Origin: Podarcis filfolensis
Lineage: Eukaryota
Assembly: GCA_964270895.1 (NCBI GenBank)
Contig: OZ185436.1
Reading direction: 5' to 3' (one strand)
Length of the DNA stretch: 64,000 bases
This document shows, one piece after another, positions 37,756 through 50,315 of this stretch. The translations under genes were made by a program, and so were the position numbers. A model generated the notes under the pieces. It was not told the DNA's origin. It made no database searches and worked only from the letters and a program-made list of their open reading frames with translations. Position 1 is the first letter of the stretch. Each line of letters opens with the position of its first letter.

Positions 37756-40044
37756 GTCACACACTCCATGCAAGGGCTAAGAATCCAGCCTCCCTTCTCC
37801 ACCAGCCCTCAAATATTTTCCCCAACCCACCTGCCCACCTACAGAAAATTCAGGGGAAATCTTGACTATCGGTCTCATCATGCTCAGCCAGATTGTGCCT
37901 CTCCCACTCTGATCCAGTCCTTGAGATGGTTTTAAACATGCCAATAGACTAATCAGCATTTATGCTGTCATCTCAGTCATCGCTGGAGTTGCAGCTACTG
38001 TTTACGCCACCAGCTCTGTCAGTGGACTTGCTACCCAATTGCCCCATGCTTAATTTTAATTTCAGGTAGGAACAGCTGGTTGATGCAAACGTGGCACCTG
38101 CAAGCGGGATGAAGACTACATTTTGTTGTTGTTTACTTGTTTAGTCATGTCCGACTCTTCGTGACTTCTAATTTTACATGTTGTGGCTCTCCAACATCCA
38201 TCTTCCTAATGGCTTATTATTTAAGTAAAACAGAACCAAGTAGTTTGAGTCTTATTTGGGTTTTCTGAGTAACAAACAGCAAACATTTTTTATATTTAAA
38301 AATGGATTGTTATTTTTTAAGAGAAAAGGGAACAGAACACAGAGTCAAGCATATATGAAGAATATAAAATAGCAAGATTGCTTAGCTGAAGCTCTGATTT
38401 AGCTGCAGATGGAAAGTGCTATTGAATCAAAGCAAGGTACTTGCATGACGATGTTTTTATTTGTTTGCTTTTTGGGGCAATCCATTCTTATGGAGCAGTA
38501 GTTCTTCTCCAAGAACAAGTTACAGTTTCTTTGAGGGGGGATACTGCATCATCCTCCCAAGCTGCTGCCATCAGCAAGAAAAACAACAACCCATAACCTG
38601 GATAGTGGAGTTTGTGTATGTATATATAGCCTCTTTGTGCACTTGATTGTAGTTCCGTTGTTGATGTGGCTGTTCATACTTCGCATCTTGCACTTTCATT
38701 ATTTTGCCATGAAATGAAATGAGTATCTCATTTACTGCTCTTCCTTTATCACACAATCAAAAGAAAACATGAAGAGCAACAATTGGAGAAGCCCATATTT
38801 TACACTGTGTTTTCCTCTCCCCGTTCCTCTAGCCACTCGTGGCTTGCAAAAATTGCATATTGCTGCTCTGTGATTCTCATCCTTTCGGTTGTTCTCAATG
38901 GATGATACTACCAGCATTAAAATGCTGCACTTTACACTTATTTCTGACCAGATTAATACATCCACTTATGAGTTGGCAAACCTTCTCCGGAGCTTGGCTA
39001 CACATCCTGCTTTCTGGGATTACATCTTTCCCACTCATCTATCTTTTTATTTTTGTGCTCCTCGTACACATAGACTGTGCCTGGGCTGTTGTAATGAAGA
39101 TGTTATTTGTTCTAGAATTAGAATTAGCACATTTTGATAGCTGTATTTGCACAGCGCATGCCAAACCTGTGCTTAAGGTTTGGCATATATTGTGCCAGGG
39201 AGCCGTCAAAATGAGATGTGAACAACACCAAACAGCGCACTTGTGTTCCAATCCTTGGCCATTGCCAGTCAGGCGTGTTTCTCTTGATGCCTAGAGCTGT
39301 TTGTTCAAATGAACTGTTAGCACTGGTTCAACAACTTTTAAGTCCCTAGCAGGGGAGTAATACCCTCATTGCTGTCCTCCTTCCTCGTGTGAACATTCAT
39401 ATGGAAGGAGGGTCCATTCTCCCCGCTCACAGAAGTGCCTCTGTTCTTTGTACAGAGGGTATGCCTACTTCCTCTGAGGGAATCTCTGGGATATTGCCAT
39501 GCGACTTCACTGAAAGCTGTCCTACTTAGGAAAAAAATACCATACTCCCTAATACTGTATACGGCTATTCTTAAAACATGCATGATAAAACATGCATAGT
39601 AATATATTCATGTCTGCTTGATAGCCTCGAGGGCAGAGATGGCCAATGTGGTGCCCTCAGTCCCACCCAGCGTGGTCAATGGTCAAGGATGATGGAAACT
39701 GCAGTCCAGCAAGATCTGAAGGGCACCATAAGGAGAATTACTTGACACCATTTTGGCTATATTATTGTGACTGCATTCACAGGAGGCAATGGCTATTGTT
39801 TTCTCAGGTGTTTAGTTTAAGGTACATTGTGCATGTTCACACTCCTGTCTCAGTGACGCCTATGCTGACTTGGTCATGTCGGCAGGATGGAAGATTGCAG
39901 GATCCCCAAGGACATGCTCTGCGGGGAGCTGGTTTCTGGCACCAGGCCCATTGGTGGACCAACTCTGTGTTACAAAGATGTCTGAAAATGTCACGTGAAG
40001 GCTGGCAACATTAACCATGCCATGTGGGAATGCCTTGCAGACAA

Positions 40045-40301
40045 TCGCAGTGCCTAGAGGCAGACAGTCAGGTCATGCATCCATAACAGTGACCAGAAGA
40101 GGAATGACCACTGGAAGGAGTGCAGAGATGCAGGAGTGCAGACACACCATGAGCAGCAGAACTGGACACCTTCAGCTGCCCCAGCTGCAATGAAACATGT
40201 CTCTCCCGTATTGGTCTGCAGCCACAACAGGCATTCCAACACTTTGACTTCACCTGCAAAGGCACATTCCTTCATTGTCCCCTGAGACAGACGGATGCCA
40301 A
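40045..40301 (+). mobile_element. RTE-clade LINE 3' end fragment (second subfamily)
   Basis: Degenerate CPSCNETCLSRIGL zinc-finger end and terminal GAGACAGACGGATGCCAAC; homologous to the reverse complement of 23697-23960. Confidence 0.7.
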
Positions 40302-40610
40302 CCCAGCCGTCCAACCCAGCTATGCAACAAGAAGTTTCAGGAGTATATCATGGCTGCTCAAACCATGCCTGTATTCCCACAACAACCTCGTTTTGAAGGC
40401 TTGGCTTTCCTTGACCTTGTTCCAGCATGTCTTTCCTCAGCACCAAGAATCAAACAAGTGCCTCTCATGTGATCACAACGCTCTGCGTGAATGGGCTGCT
40501 GAATGAAGATGTCTACATACGAACTACTAATGTAGTTTCCACATCAGTAAAAATAAAAACAATCCACAGATAGTTTTGGCAGGAAATAAATTTGGTGAGA
40601 AAATAGGAGG

Positions 40611-40868
40611 AAAAACTCCAGGTGTTTGGGAAAAAAGGGTTTATTACAGGCCCCAAGCATTTCAGAATGATCCTTCCTCGAGGGTAGGTTTTAAGTAGCA
40701 ATTCTCACCAAGTTCATAAACCATTATAGCAACTAATTTACCAAATGAGTTACTGTAGTGGTTTATGTACTTGGTGAGAATTCCTACTTAAAACCTACCC
40801 CCAAGGAAGGATCATTATGAAAGACGTAGAACCTGTAATATCCCCTTTTTCAAGCACCTGGGGTTTTT
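40611..40868. repeat. Long foldback inverted repeat (palindromic MITE-like)
   Basis: Arms 40611-40739 and 40743-40868 around a 3-nt loop (ACC). The inner 78 bp align ungapped with 69/78 identity. Confidence 0.9.
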
Positions 40869-43289
40869 GTTCTCTTTTCCTCCCTGTTAGTGGTGTCTTC
40901 CTGGCGTACAGGTGGTTCTTCTATAATTTTTTGGGACCTGGACACATTTCTGTATTAAAATTGAGTATGCAACAAGCCATCGTTAAAGTTGATGTCAGAG
41001 CAGATAGCGTTTCTAGAGGATAAACGACGATCTCTCTCCCCAACATGCCAAGACAGGATCAGCTTGACTGCTGTCGTACAAGTGCCTAAATCCTACACTC
41101 AGTTAGGCATGTTTAAGCCCACTGAATATAATGAGCTTAAGCGTGCCTAAGATGGTGTTGGATCAGGGCCAATGACTCCAGGACAATGTCCGTATCCAAA
41201 CTTGCTGAGTTTGTTGCACTTCTGCCATCTCGCCTTGCAGTTCTTCTGTCATCACAAGCAAGACCCTGAAGGGCTGGCAGAAATCTTGAGTCAGAAACAA
41301 AAGCCAGGCATTTTCCACCTAGTACCTCTTAGAAATTCCTTCTGTGTTGCTGGCATAAGCCATAGCCTGTTGGCTCTCTTGCTGCAAAATCTGCGAGTTA
41401 ATAAAACACCTCGACAAGATTTTTCCACCTGTTCTAAACAAAAGATGGAAGAGCAGCCGTGCTGAGCACAACAGGTATCCATCCTTGATGTGGCTGCCCT
41501 ATCAGTTTGTGCTTGTATAAACACAAACACACACGCTTCTTGGTGTCAGCATGTGTAAACATTGGAATTATGGCAGGACCTGCCTGCTTATCAAAAAAGC
41601 CCTTGAGGAGCTATATGGATAGATTGGATATGCCTCTTGCATTGCACGCAATAGCTATAACTATCATGACATATAGTGCTACTGGTGTAATTAAGTAAAT
41701 CTTCGTATGCTAAAGGTTGTTGTAACTGCAAGGAACTGGAGGAGTGATTTGGTTCTACCTCCAGTGCAGCCCATAGGTGAAGAAGGAGGACGTCTAGTAG
41801 CCCCATGGAGGAGCACTCCAAGCCTGAGAGGAAACTGGTCGCTCATCACAGCATCTCGCATTGGGTGGCCTACCTTACTGAGAACACTCCTCTATTTGAA
41901 GAACTGACAGTCCTCTCTTTGAATGCATCCTCTGTCTGGAGGGCAGTCCAGCCCCAGTCCATTTTAAAGAACTCTTAAGAAGAGAGAGCAACAGGACCCC
42001 GAAGAGTCATATCAGCAGTTAGGACACGAGCAGCAGACTGAGGTCATCTGGTCACAAACTCCTGCACTATGGTGAGATGTGGGTTTCTGTTTAGATTATG
42101 GTAATTAGTTTTGCGTTTGCATCAATAGATACCAGCCTGTGGACATATGATGTAAGTCATGCTTCGGTGAAGCATTTTCTCTTTTCTGGCAATGCATAAA
42201 TAAGTGGCCATCCTAAATCTCACAGTCAAGAAATCATCTGCTCTACAGCGACTGTGTGTGAATTCCTCCGTGTTCATGGGAGTCACCAAAGACCATAAAA
42301 GAACCACACAACACACACCTTGGCAAACGATCTGATCAGGTGACCATATAAAGCGACCTTCACTCCTTTTAATTTCCCTAAGGAGCCTGCTTTCACAGGG
42401 AATGTGTCTAGATTCCAAGAGGAATCAGCAGTGTGCATGTGAGCAAATGAATTATCCAGGGACAGAATAATTCATGCTGATGAACCCTGAGCACAGTGAT
42501 AAATCATCATGCTTGAGGGCACAGATGGTAATTGACGGTCAAAGGCCCTCTATCCCATACAAAAACTCATGCTCAAACCAATTAGGGTCACTTCACAAAT
42601 AACTTTAAAAAACACACAGAGAGAGACCTCATTGTCTGGAAACAAGTTTATACCTGTGTAAACTACTGTGTGAGTTGCACAACTGTATGTCTTCTCTGAT
42701 TATATATTTTTGGAAGCCACATTGCTTTCCACATGTGCATAAATGTGCATAATTGTGCTTAGCTAAGTTGTATTTAGTTATTTAGACAATTGCTATAGTT
42801 CTTCAGGGCAGTGTATATGGAGGTTCTGGGCTCCCCAGACGACAGAATCACCCCTCTTGGCTGCAGGAATTGCCGGAAGGAGGCATACAAAACATCATTC
42901 TTCTCCCAGATGGGCTACCTTTCCAGGTTGATGAGCCCCATCTGCCCCTCATTTCCCTCTACAGCACATGCAGTGAGTGCCTTATTGACTGTTGGTCCCA
43001 CTATTGGTCTCATCTGTACCACCCTCCATTATACAAGTGATCACATGGTGGTTTCCAGCATGGTATGAAAACAGTATAAACAACAATTAAAACACAATCA
43101 GCAATAGAACCAGTCATCATGAAACAGAGCAGCATCAAATAAGACAGGGTCTTTGACAATCTCAATTAGTTTCCTCCAAAAGCCCAGGAGAATAGATAGT
43201 GTTTTATTTGGCAATGGAACACCAACAAAAATCTGATCTTCCGCAGGTGGGGCACCACAACAGTAGGCCTTGCCCATATCGTTGCACAG

Positions 43290-43720
43290 AAAGCTATGCT
43301 TACCGGAGGGACAATGAGCAGGGCCCCAAGATCTGGGCAAGCAGATGTGGGAGGAGGTGCTCTGACAAATAGCTGGGCCCCAGACCTTTTAAGTCTTTAA
43401 AAATTAACACTGACTTCTTAAATTGAGTCCAGTGCAGGCAACAAGTGCAGGTCCCATAAAATGACTTCCTGCTGAAGCACCTGTCATTATTCAAGCAACA
43501 GCAATCTTCACTGGATGCAGTTTCTGGGCTGTCTTCAAGGGAAGCCCCATGTAGGGCACATTACAGTTATCTAGTCCCTAGGTGCAAAGACTGTCCTGTA
43601 CCAGGAATAACCAAAGCTAGTGCACCAGCTAGAGATGGTCACAGAGACTCTTTGACAGCAAAACCACCTCTGCAGGAGTATCCTCAAACTATGAATCCAC
43701 TCCTTCAAGCCATACACCCA
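43290..43720 (-). mobile_element. L2 LINE fragment
   Basis: LDNCNVPYMGLPLKTAQKL, a degenerate L2 LDYCNALYVGLPLKT motif. Confidence 0.7.
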
Positions 43721-45049
43721 GTTTCTAAATATGACAGCCACTCATTAACATGTCTCTATTTTGTTAGCAGACCTTGTAGCCTGGGTGAATTAGATTGGAA
43801 TAATGATTTACAGTTTCTGGAGTTCAAAGGCTTTATTCATGCAGAAACTACTTACAGGGTATTGGGAGTTTAGCCCAACAACATTTGGAGGGGGCCACAC
43901 TAGTCTGAATTCAGGATTAGGAATGTAATGTAATCTAAGTGTTAAACTAGGAGTTATATTTTCCTTGTGTGTGTTTTGTAGACCTTTTGCTTTCCTTTTG
44001 CTCCAGCATATTCCATGTCTTCTTTTGTAAACAGCATCCTTATTTTGCAGTAAATTGGTTTCTTAAAATGCTTCATCTGAAGTGAGCAAGCTATTCCTAA
44101 GGGCCCTGAGTATTCAGAGTGAATGAATCCTAAATACTTTGGATGGATCTCAAGGAGTTCAGTGTTTAAGGTGCATTCCTCATTTCATCTGTCAGGCAAC
44201 TCTACTAGTGGCAAAAGAAAAGCCTGATGGGCGGATTGACTGGATCAGAGTTCTGGCAGCCAGGTTTAATTGCATGGGCTTCAATGATCAAGGAAGCCAC
44301 ACTTTGAGTTCTGATTTCTCCAGAAAACATTGCAGGGCTAATAGTGTCATTTGCCTGTCAGAACAAGACCTGGGGCAGTTTATATATAAATTGCCACATA
44401 AGGGATCTTCAGTCTTGCCCCTAAAGATTTTGGGTCCAGTGTACATGTAGGTGCATGTGTGCGCCAGTCTGCCACCATTTCACATTATCTCTTCCAGGGT
44501 GGATTACAAAGTGAGAACAATTAAAAGAATGAAATCAATAATGCAACTAACCACAATAAAATTGCAGAGCTGTAAAAACATAAACCTGCAGCACGTAGCA
44601 GATAAAAGCCAAATGCAGCAGAGATGTTAAAAGGCATGGCTTATCTTTGACTTGTGCCAAAAAGACATAAGAGTTGATGCCAGGGAAACAGTTGTGCCCA
44701 CTGAGACTGGTAGGGCAGAAGGCAGGGCAGGCAACAGTAGGTGGAGCCAATGACAGGTGGAGCCAGCAAATTCTCATTTTGTCCCACTCCCTGCTGAGTT
44801 CTACAAGGGCAAACCTGAGACTGGAGGAAGAAGCTGGCAGTGCCCTGTTGGCTCTAATGAACCGGTACCAGGAAAGTACCACAACCGAGAAGGTCCTCTC
44901 CCTGTTAGTTCACCAGCAGACCCCACCTAATAATCACTGAAGGTGAGTTATCCAGAAAAGAGCCACCAAATGTGATCTTAGCATGTGGGCAGATTGATGT
45001 GGTCCCCATATCCTAAGCCATATAAATCTAGGTAAGAACCAGGATTTTG

Positions 45050-45290
45050 AATTTAGCTTGGAAATGCACCATCAGTCAGTGGAGTGGTTTTACAACTCCT
45101 GTTGATAACCTGACTATTGCATTCTGCACTAAGTGCCATTTCTAAGCAATCTTCAAAGGCATCCCCACATACAACACATTGCAGAAATCTAATGTGGATG
45201 TTATCAGAGCAAGAAGAAACCGAGGCCAGACTAGGTGCGTCCACCAAGTACGTTAACATAGCCATCAATGTTCACAGTATTTGCTCCACC
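45050..45290 (-). mobile_element. L2 LINE fragment
   Basis: TSTLDFCNVLYVGMPLKIA*KWHLVQNAIVRLSTG. Confidence 0.75.
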
Positions 45291-45636
45291 ACATCTGAAT
45301 TTCAACCAAGGGAGTAAGAACCGTGGGAGGAGATAGTGACAGAGCCAAGCGTAACTGGAGGAAACGTGCAAGGGCGATTGCACTTGCTTAGGGTTAGTTT
45401 TATTGGGAGACGAAAGCTAAAGGGATGAACTAACACTGGCTTCCCCCATACTGATGCCCTCCAGCCCCAGCCACTGACAGGTTTATTCTTACATTTTATA
45501 ATCCTCTGTGATGCCTAGAAAACTTATTTTCTAGGACGCCTCATAAATATATTGGACAAATGAATAAATTGCTCTTCCATTAGGCTTTGTTTTCTCCACA
45601 ATTGATACGATAGAGCCTGATGGGAAAGGGTTAAGC

Positions 45637-45638
<2 letters not shown>

Positions 45639-45676
<38 letters not shown>
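45639..45676. repeat. (CT)19 microsatellite
   Basis: Direct. Confidence 0.95.
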
Positions 45677-45679
<3 letters not shown>

Positions 45680-48600
45680 CGCCCCCTCTCCACTCCTGTG
45701 TCTCCTGATCACAGCCTCAGAGGCTCCTTTTCCTTTTTTTTAAATAAATAAATAAATCCAATCCATTAGGGGAAAGAGAAGTGCAACTTCATTTCATGTC
45801 TAGTTTGGTCCTTACAAGACTTGAGTCCCAGTGTGTAAAGTTAGGAACAACAAGAACAAATTATCTCCCACCCTATTGGGCTTCTTAATGAGCTATCGGT
45901 ATTCAATGAATAGATCTTGGAATAATTTCCATAACGTGGTAGCATTGCACAATGTGTTTTTGTCACCAAAATGGAAAATAGAGTGTTAGGGCTTGTGTTA
46001 ATAAAAATGGGCTAGAAAACAATACAGAAAATATCCTTATTGCTCTGATCCAGCTCTGGCCATTAGCCTCACTCAAAACCTAGTGATCCTGGATATGGAT
46101 GTCTATCCCTGTCCACATCCAGTGGGGCCCAACTGAGCACTGCAGTAGATTTTAAAATATGCATCCAAATGTGGATCTGTGCCTGCATCAGCTGTATAGA
46201 TGCGTCCCTGCTGTGCTATGTGGTTATATCTCGCTGAATTGGAGTATTTTGAGATGGTGCACAACTCAGCCGCTCTGCTTGAAAAAATGAAAGAAAAAGG
46301 GTGTAACAGAATTGGGAAAAGATCAGGCAAGAGCAATAAATATATATATGCTCACACCAAGAAGTGAAAGCTAAAGGACACCCCTTTTGTTTAGAATAGA
46401 GACAACTAAGCTTGTAGGAGATTTTGGTGACATACATATAACATTATTCATGGAACTGAGTGGTTTCCTTTTTCATTTAATATCTATCCAGCAGATATGG
46501 TGACAGGCAATTGTATAATTGGTTAAAAAGGGGCCAAGACAGAGTTGTGGAAGATGGTATCAGCAGCTGTTAACTACGATGGTTAGGCAACTCATTTTGT
46601 TGCAGATGCTGACCCTAAACATTAGGCTGTCAGAAGCTGCCATTGATTGATAAGGACTTAACAATTCTGTTAGTATCCTTTGCTGTCAGGGGTGCCAGCT
46701 GGGTTCTCTGGAACCAGTACACTGAATGTGGATTGGGCCCTCTCACCCACTCACAAACGAGGACACAAAAGATTTGCATACCATTTGCATGTGCTGTGTC
46801 ATATGCAAATTTGAATTCTCTTTTGCAGGTGAGTGGAGGGTCCAAAAATAAATCAGTGGCCATGCACATAATAAAATGTCTTGACAAGCAGAATGAGGAT
46901 AGGGGAGGCTTTCCCCCATAATCATATTCCCATAGTAGTCTTAAGCTGTTGAATTTCTGCCTGCCACACAGCTGTTAAGGTCACAAGAACTCTGCTTTCC
47001 TCCAATGCCAACCCAAAGCCTAGGCTGCAGTTCTGTAACCACTTACCTGGAATCAAGCCCCACCTGACATGACACTTCTGTGTAGACATGTATGTTAACT
47101 GCACAGTGAATTCTTAATGGATGTCCGTAAGTCCTGCACAGCAGGAAATATGCCTAAGCCTCTATGCAAAGTTTTCACATTTTGCATTTGCTATTGGAAA
47201 GGGCTATTATTTTAACACCCACACCCACCTACTGTGCAGTAGTATTTGCAGATAGTAGTATTTGCAGATAGTATTTGCTTGATCTCAGACGAACCCATCA
47301 CAGGAAAGATGCATCCTGGTTGCTAGGGAGAGAAGGGCAAACTATGGAGATATCATGGACTACTTGAATACAAGAATGAAACAGGAAAAGTGCACTAAAT
47401 GGGAGGGGAAAACAGTAGCTTTTGAGGATCCCAAGAATTCCTATGGCCTGCTGTCCAAACAACTCACTTGTCAATCACAGTTCTGACTTCACTCATTGGC
47501 TAAAACCATTGACTGGCAGGAGCAGCCAAGCTGGCTTATATCACAAGAATTGTTTAGAAGGTTACCTGTACATTTTGCTTCATAACTTTCTTTCTAGGAG
47601 GTCTAGAGAATTGCCCTTAAAAAAAGAAAGCTCAGAGTCTCACCTTTCTGTTGGCTGAGAGTCCAGTATATCAGTACCCCTTGTACCAGATTATTGGCAA
47701 CCCTATTTTCTGCTATACACCTGTTTAAGTATGAGGCATGTTAGAGATAAAAATGAGGCTAGAGAGACCATTAGCCTGACACGGTAAGTGTGTGTGTATT
47801 CCAGCAATAATTATTCATGAATGGTCCAAGAGAAGACTCAGCCTGAACTCTTCACTTTTGCCCAGGTATTTCAGTCTGTCAGTTGACTGGCAAAATGCAA
47901 GAATTTAGGGAATCTTGTTATTTGCATTCTGATTTCTAAGCTCCCTCCCTTCATATTGGCATCAAATCTTCTAGCTTTCATCCAGAACAATGATGATTTT
48001 AACCAAGCTGCATGTTGATTCTGCTCTCTGATCAAGGTTAGGCAAGAGAGCACACATTGTGTACATACTTGCTCATTCTGTGGAATCCTAGTAAAAATAA
48101 AAACATACAGCTCTCATTGACGCACACTGCAGTGGGTGGGTGGGGGAGACCTTTCTCCATATACCCTGATGTCAGTGTCCCTATTCTATCGACAGGTAAC
48201 AACTAAGAGCTAAGCTCTGGCCTGCTTGTTTTCCTCTTGCTCCCTTGTATTGCCCAGTGAAATCCAGCAAGGCTGGAAAGCACAGCTTGAGGAAACCCAG
48301 TACTCTGTGGATGACAACTGTTGGTGGTTGATTCTCTGATCTGCCTTTACTTTGAAGCCTTATCTCCTTGCTAAAGGCTTGATGACCTGCATCCAATTTC
48401 AGACCTACATGCCAGGTAGATAAAGGGTTACACCTTAGCCGTGGCTCTAAGCTGTGTGAGGATAATTTATCAGCTGGCAAGTGCATTGGCTTATATTGAT
48501 CCATGCACAGCCCCGTGCAAATAGAGTCAGAAGGAGCGAGAATTAGTCCCAGCATGATGGTGACATTACTGTTTCTATTACAGAGCAACCCTGTTTGTGC

Positions 48601-50149
48601 TCAGGGCCCTGCTGTGCTAGGCAGTGAGCAAATGCAGAACCAAAGGTAGTCTCTGCCCCAAAGTTCTCCCAATCCAGGCAGTCGAGGACAAAAACACCTT
48701 CTTAGGGTCACCGTGTTTCCACTGTGGCAGAGAATGGAGAGAGGCTAGAGTTTTTCAGCAACATGGACATCTCTCTGAATTGGGTGTTTGTGTGGTTATC
48801 TCTTGGAGAGACCGTCCAATTAGTTCCTGGTGCAGACTATCCCAAATGCCATTCTGAATCTGTATTTCCCCCCTCAGCTAAGCTTCTGTGAATATTCCCC
48901 TCAATAGATTTTATATAAAATTATATTCAAATATTTTCAAATGTGGATTTTAGGTTCCTCTCTGCCCCCCTCCTCGGTTTTCACATTTCTTTCTATTCCC
49001 TTCTGTGCTTTGTGCTTCTCAATTACAATTTGTAAATACTGAATCTGGTAGGAGCCTGCCTTAATTGCTTATTTCAGGGATGAGGAACCTGAGGCCCTCC
49101 AGATGTTAGAGGGCCTCCATTGGTTCGGTATGGCCAATGGTCAGGGATGGTGGGACTTGTGGTCCAGCAACTAGAGAACCACAGATCCCTTGCTCCTGTC
49201 TTACTGTTCTGAAGCCACAATACTCTTCAATATTCAGGAAGCACCCATATTGTTCCTAGATCTGTCCCCAAACACATTTTGTTAAAATTGGCTCTAGGGC
49301 ACGACCTGCTTTCAGGGAATGAATGAAGGGCTGGGGGCGGGATGAGATACTTTTCTAGTAATCACTCTACTTTGAGATAAAAAGGCAGCTTTATATCTCT
49401 CCATCAGGTGAGAGGCACATGTCCCATCTGTGAGACTCTGGGGACAATCCAGGGTCCCAATGTGGGGGAGACAAAACTGTAATCAAGTGAGAGGAAATAT
49501 AGAGAAGTTGCCAAAAATGATTAAAGGGTTTTAGAGGATTTAAATAAGTGTGATTAAAAGAGCTCAGTTTGTCTAGAGCAGGAAGACTGGATATGCAGAG
49601 AGGCAGCCTGGGATCATTGTAGTATGCAAACTTAACAGGTGAGTAGATGAATGGGGTTTTTAAATTTCTTTTTTCTTTTGCATAGAAAGGGTGGAGAATG
49701 TATCATGTGATGTGGGGAAAACAACACTTCCCTGCCCTGAAGGGACTTTATAGGAGCACAAAATGTCACTACTCTTGTGGGAGGGGAAGAAGGAGAGAGC
49801 ATCTGCAGCCACTGCTCATTTGCATAGGCTCATCTATTTAAATATGGACAGCGGCTGTATTTTCTCCACTGCCATCCGCAAAAGCACTCACCAACAATGC
49901 CATGGTGACTTCCCCTCCTTGTTCTGCCAAGTGCCCCTTCCTAATGGATAACACAAGGCTGAGACAAGCTTTGGAGTTAGTTTGCCATTTTGTCTGAATC
50001 ATCAAACTATCACTTATCCTTTCCTTGCTGCAAACCAGGATCAACCCCTGATTTCTAATCCTGGTTTCCAGGGCAAGCTCAATTTGCTGGTTTGGACAAA
50101 ATGGCAGACTATAAGAACATAAAAAGTGTGTGTGTGTACTTCAACCACA

Positions 50150-50315
50150 GAACCTTACATTTGCAGAACCTTACATTTGTCCCTATTAAAATTCATTTTG
50201 TTAGTTTGGGCCCAGTTCTCCAATCTGTTTAGGTCATCTTGAATCCTGATTCTGTCTTCTGCTGCGGCATAACCTGCTGCTCCCAGTTTGATGTCATTTG
50301 CAAATTTGATGTGCA
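50150..50315 (-). mobile_element. CR1 LINE RT fragment
   Basis: IKFANDIKLG...EDRIRIQDDLNRLENWAQTNKMNFNRDKCKVL (FADD motif); exact 16-bp tandem duplication CAGAACCTTACATTTG at 50148-50179. Confidence 0.85.

Noticed and set aside
47238-47278. 16-bp tandem repeat AGTAGTATTTGCAGAT, about 2.5 copies
   Set aside because: Ordinary local slippage duplication with no further structure.
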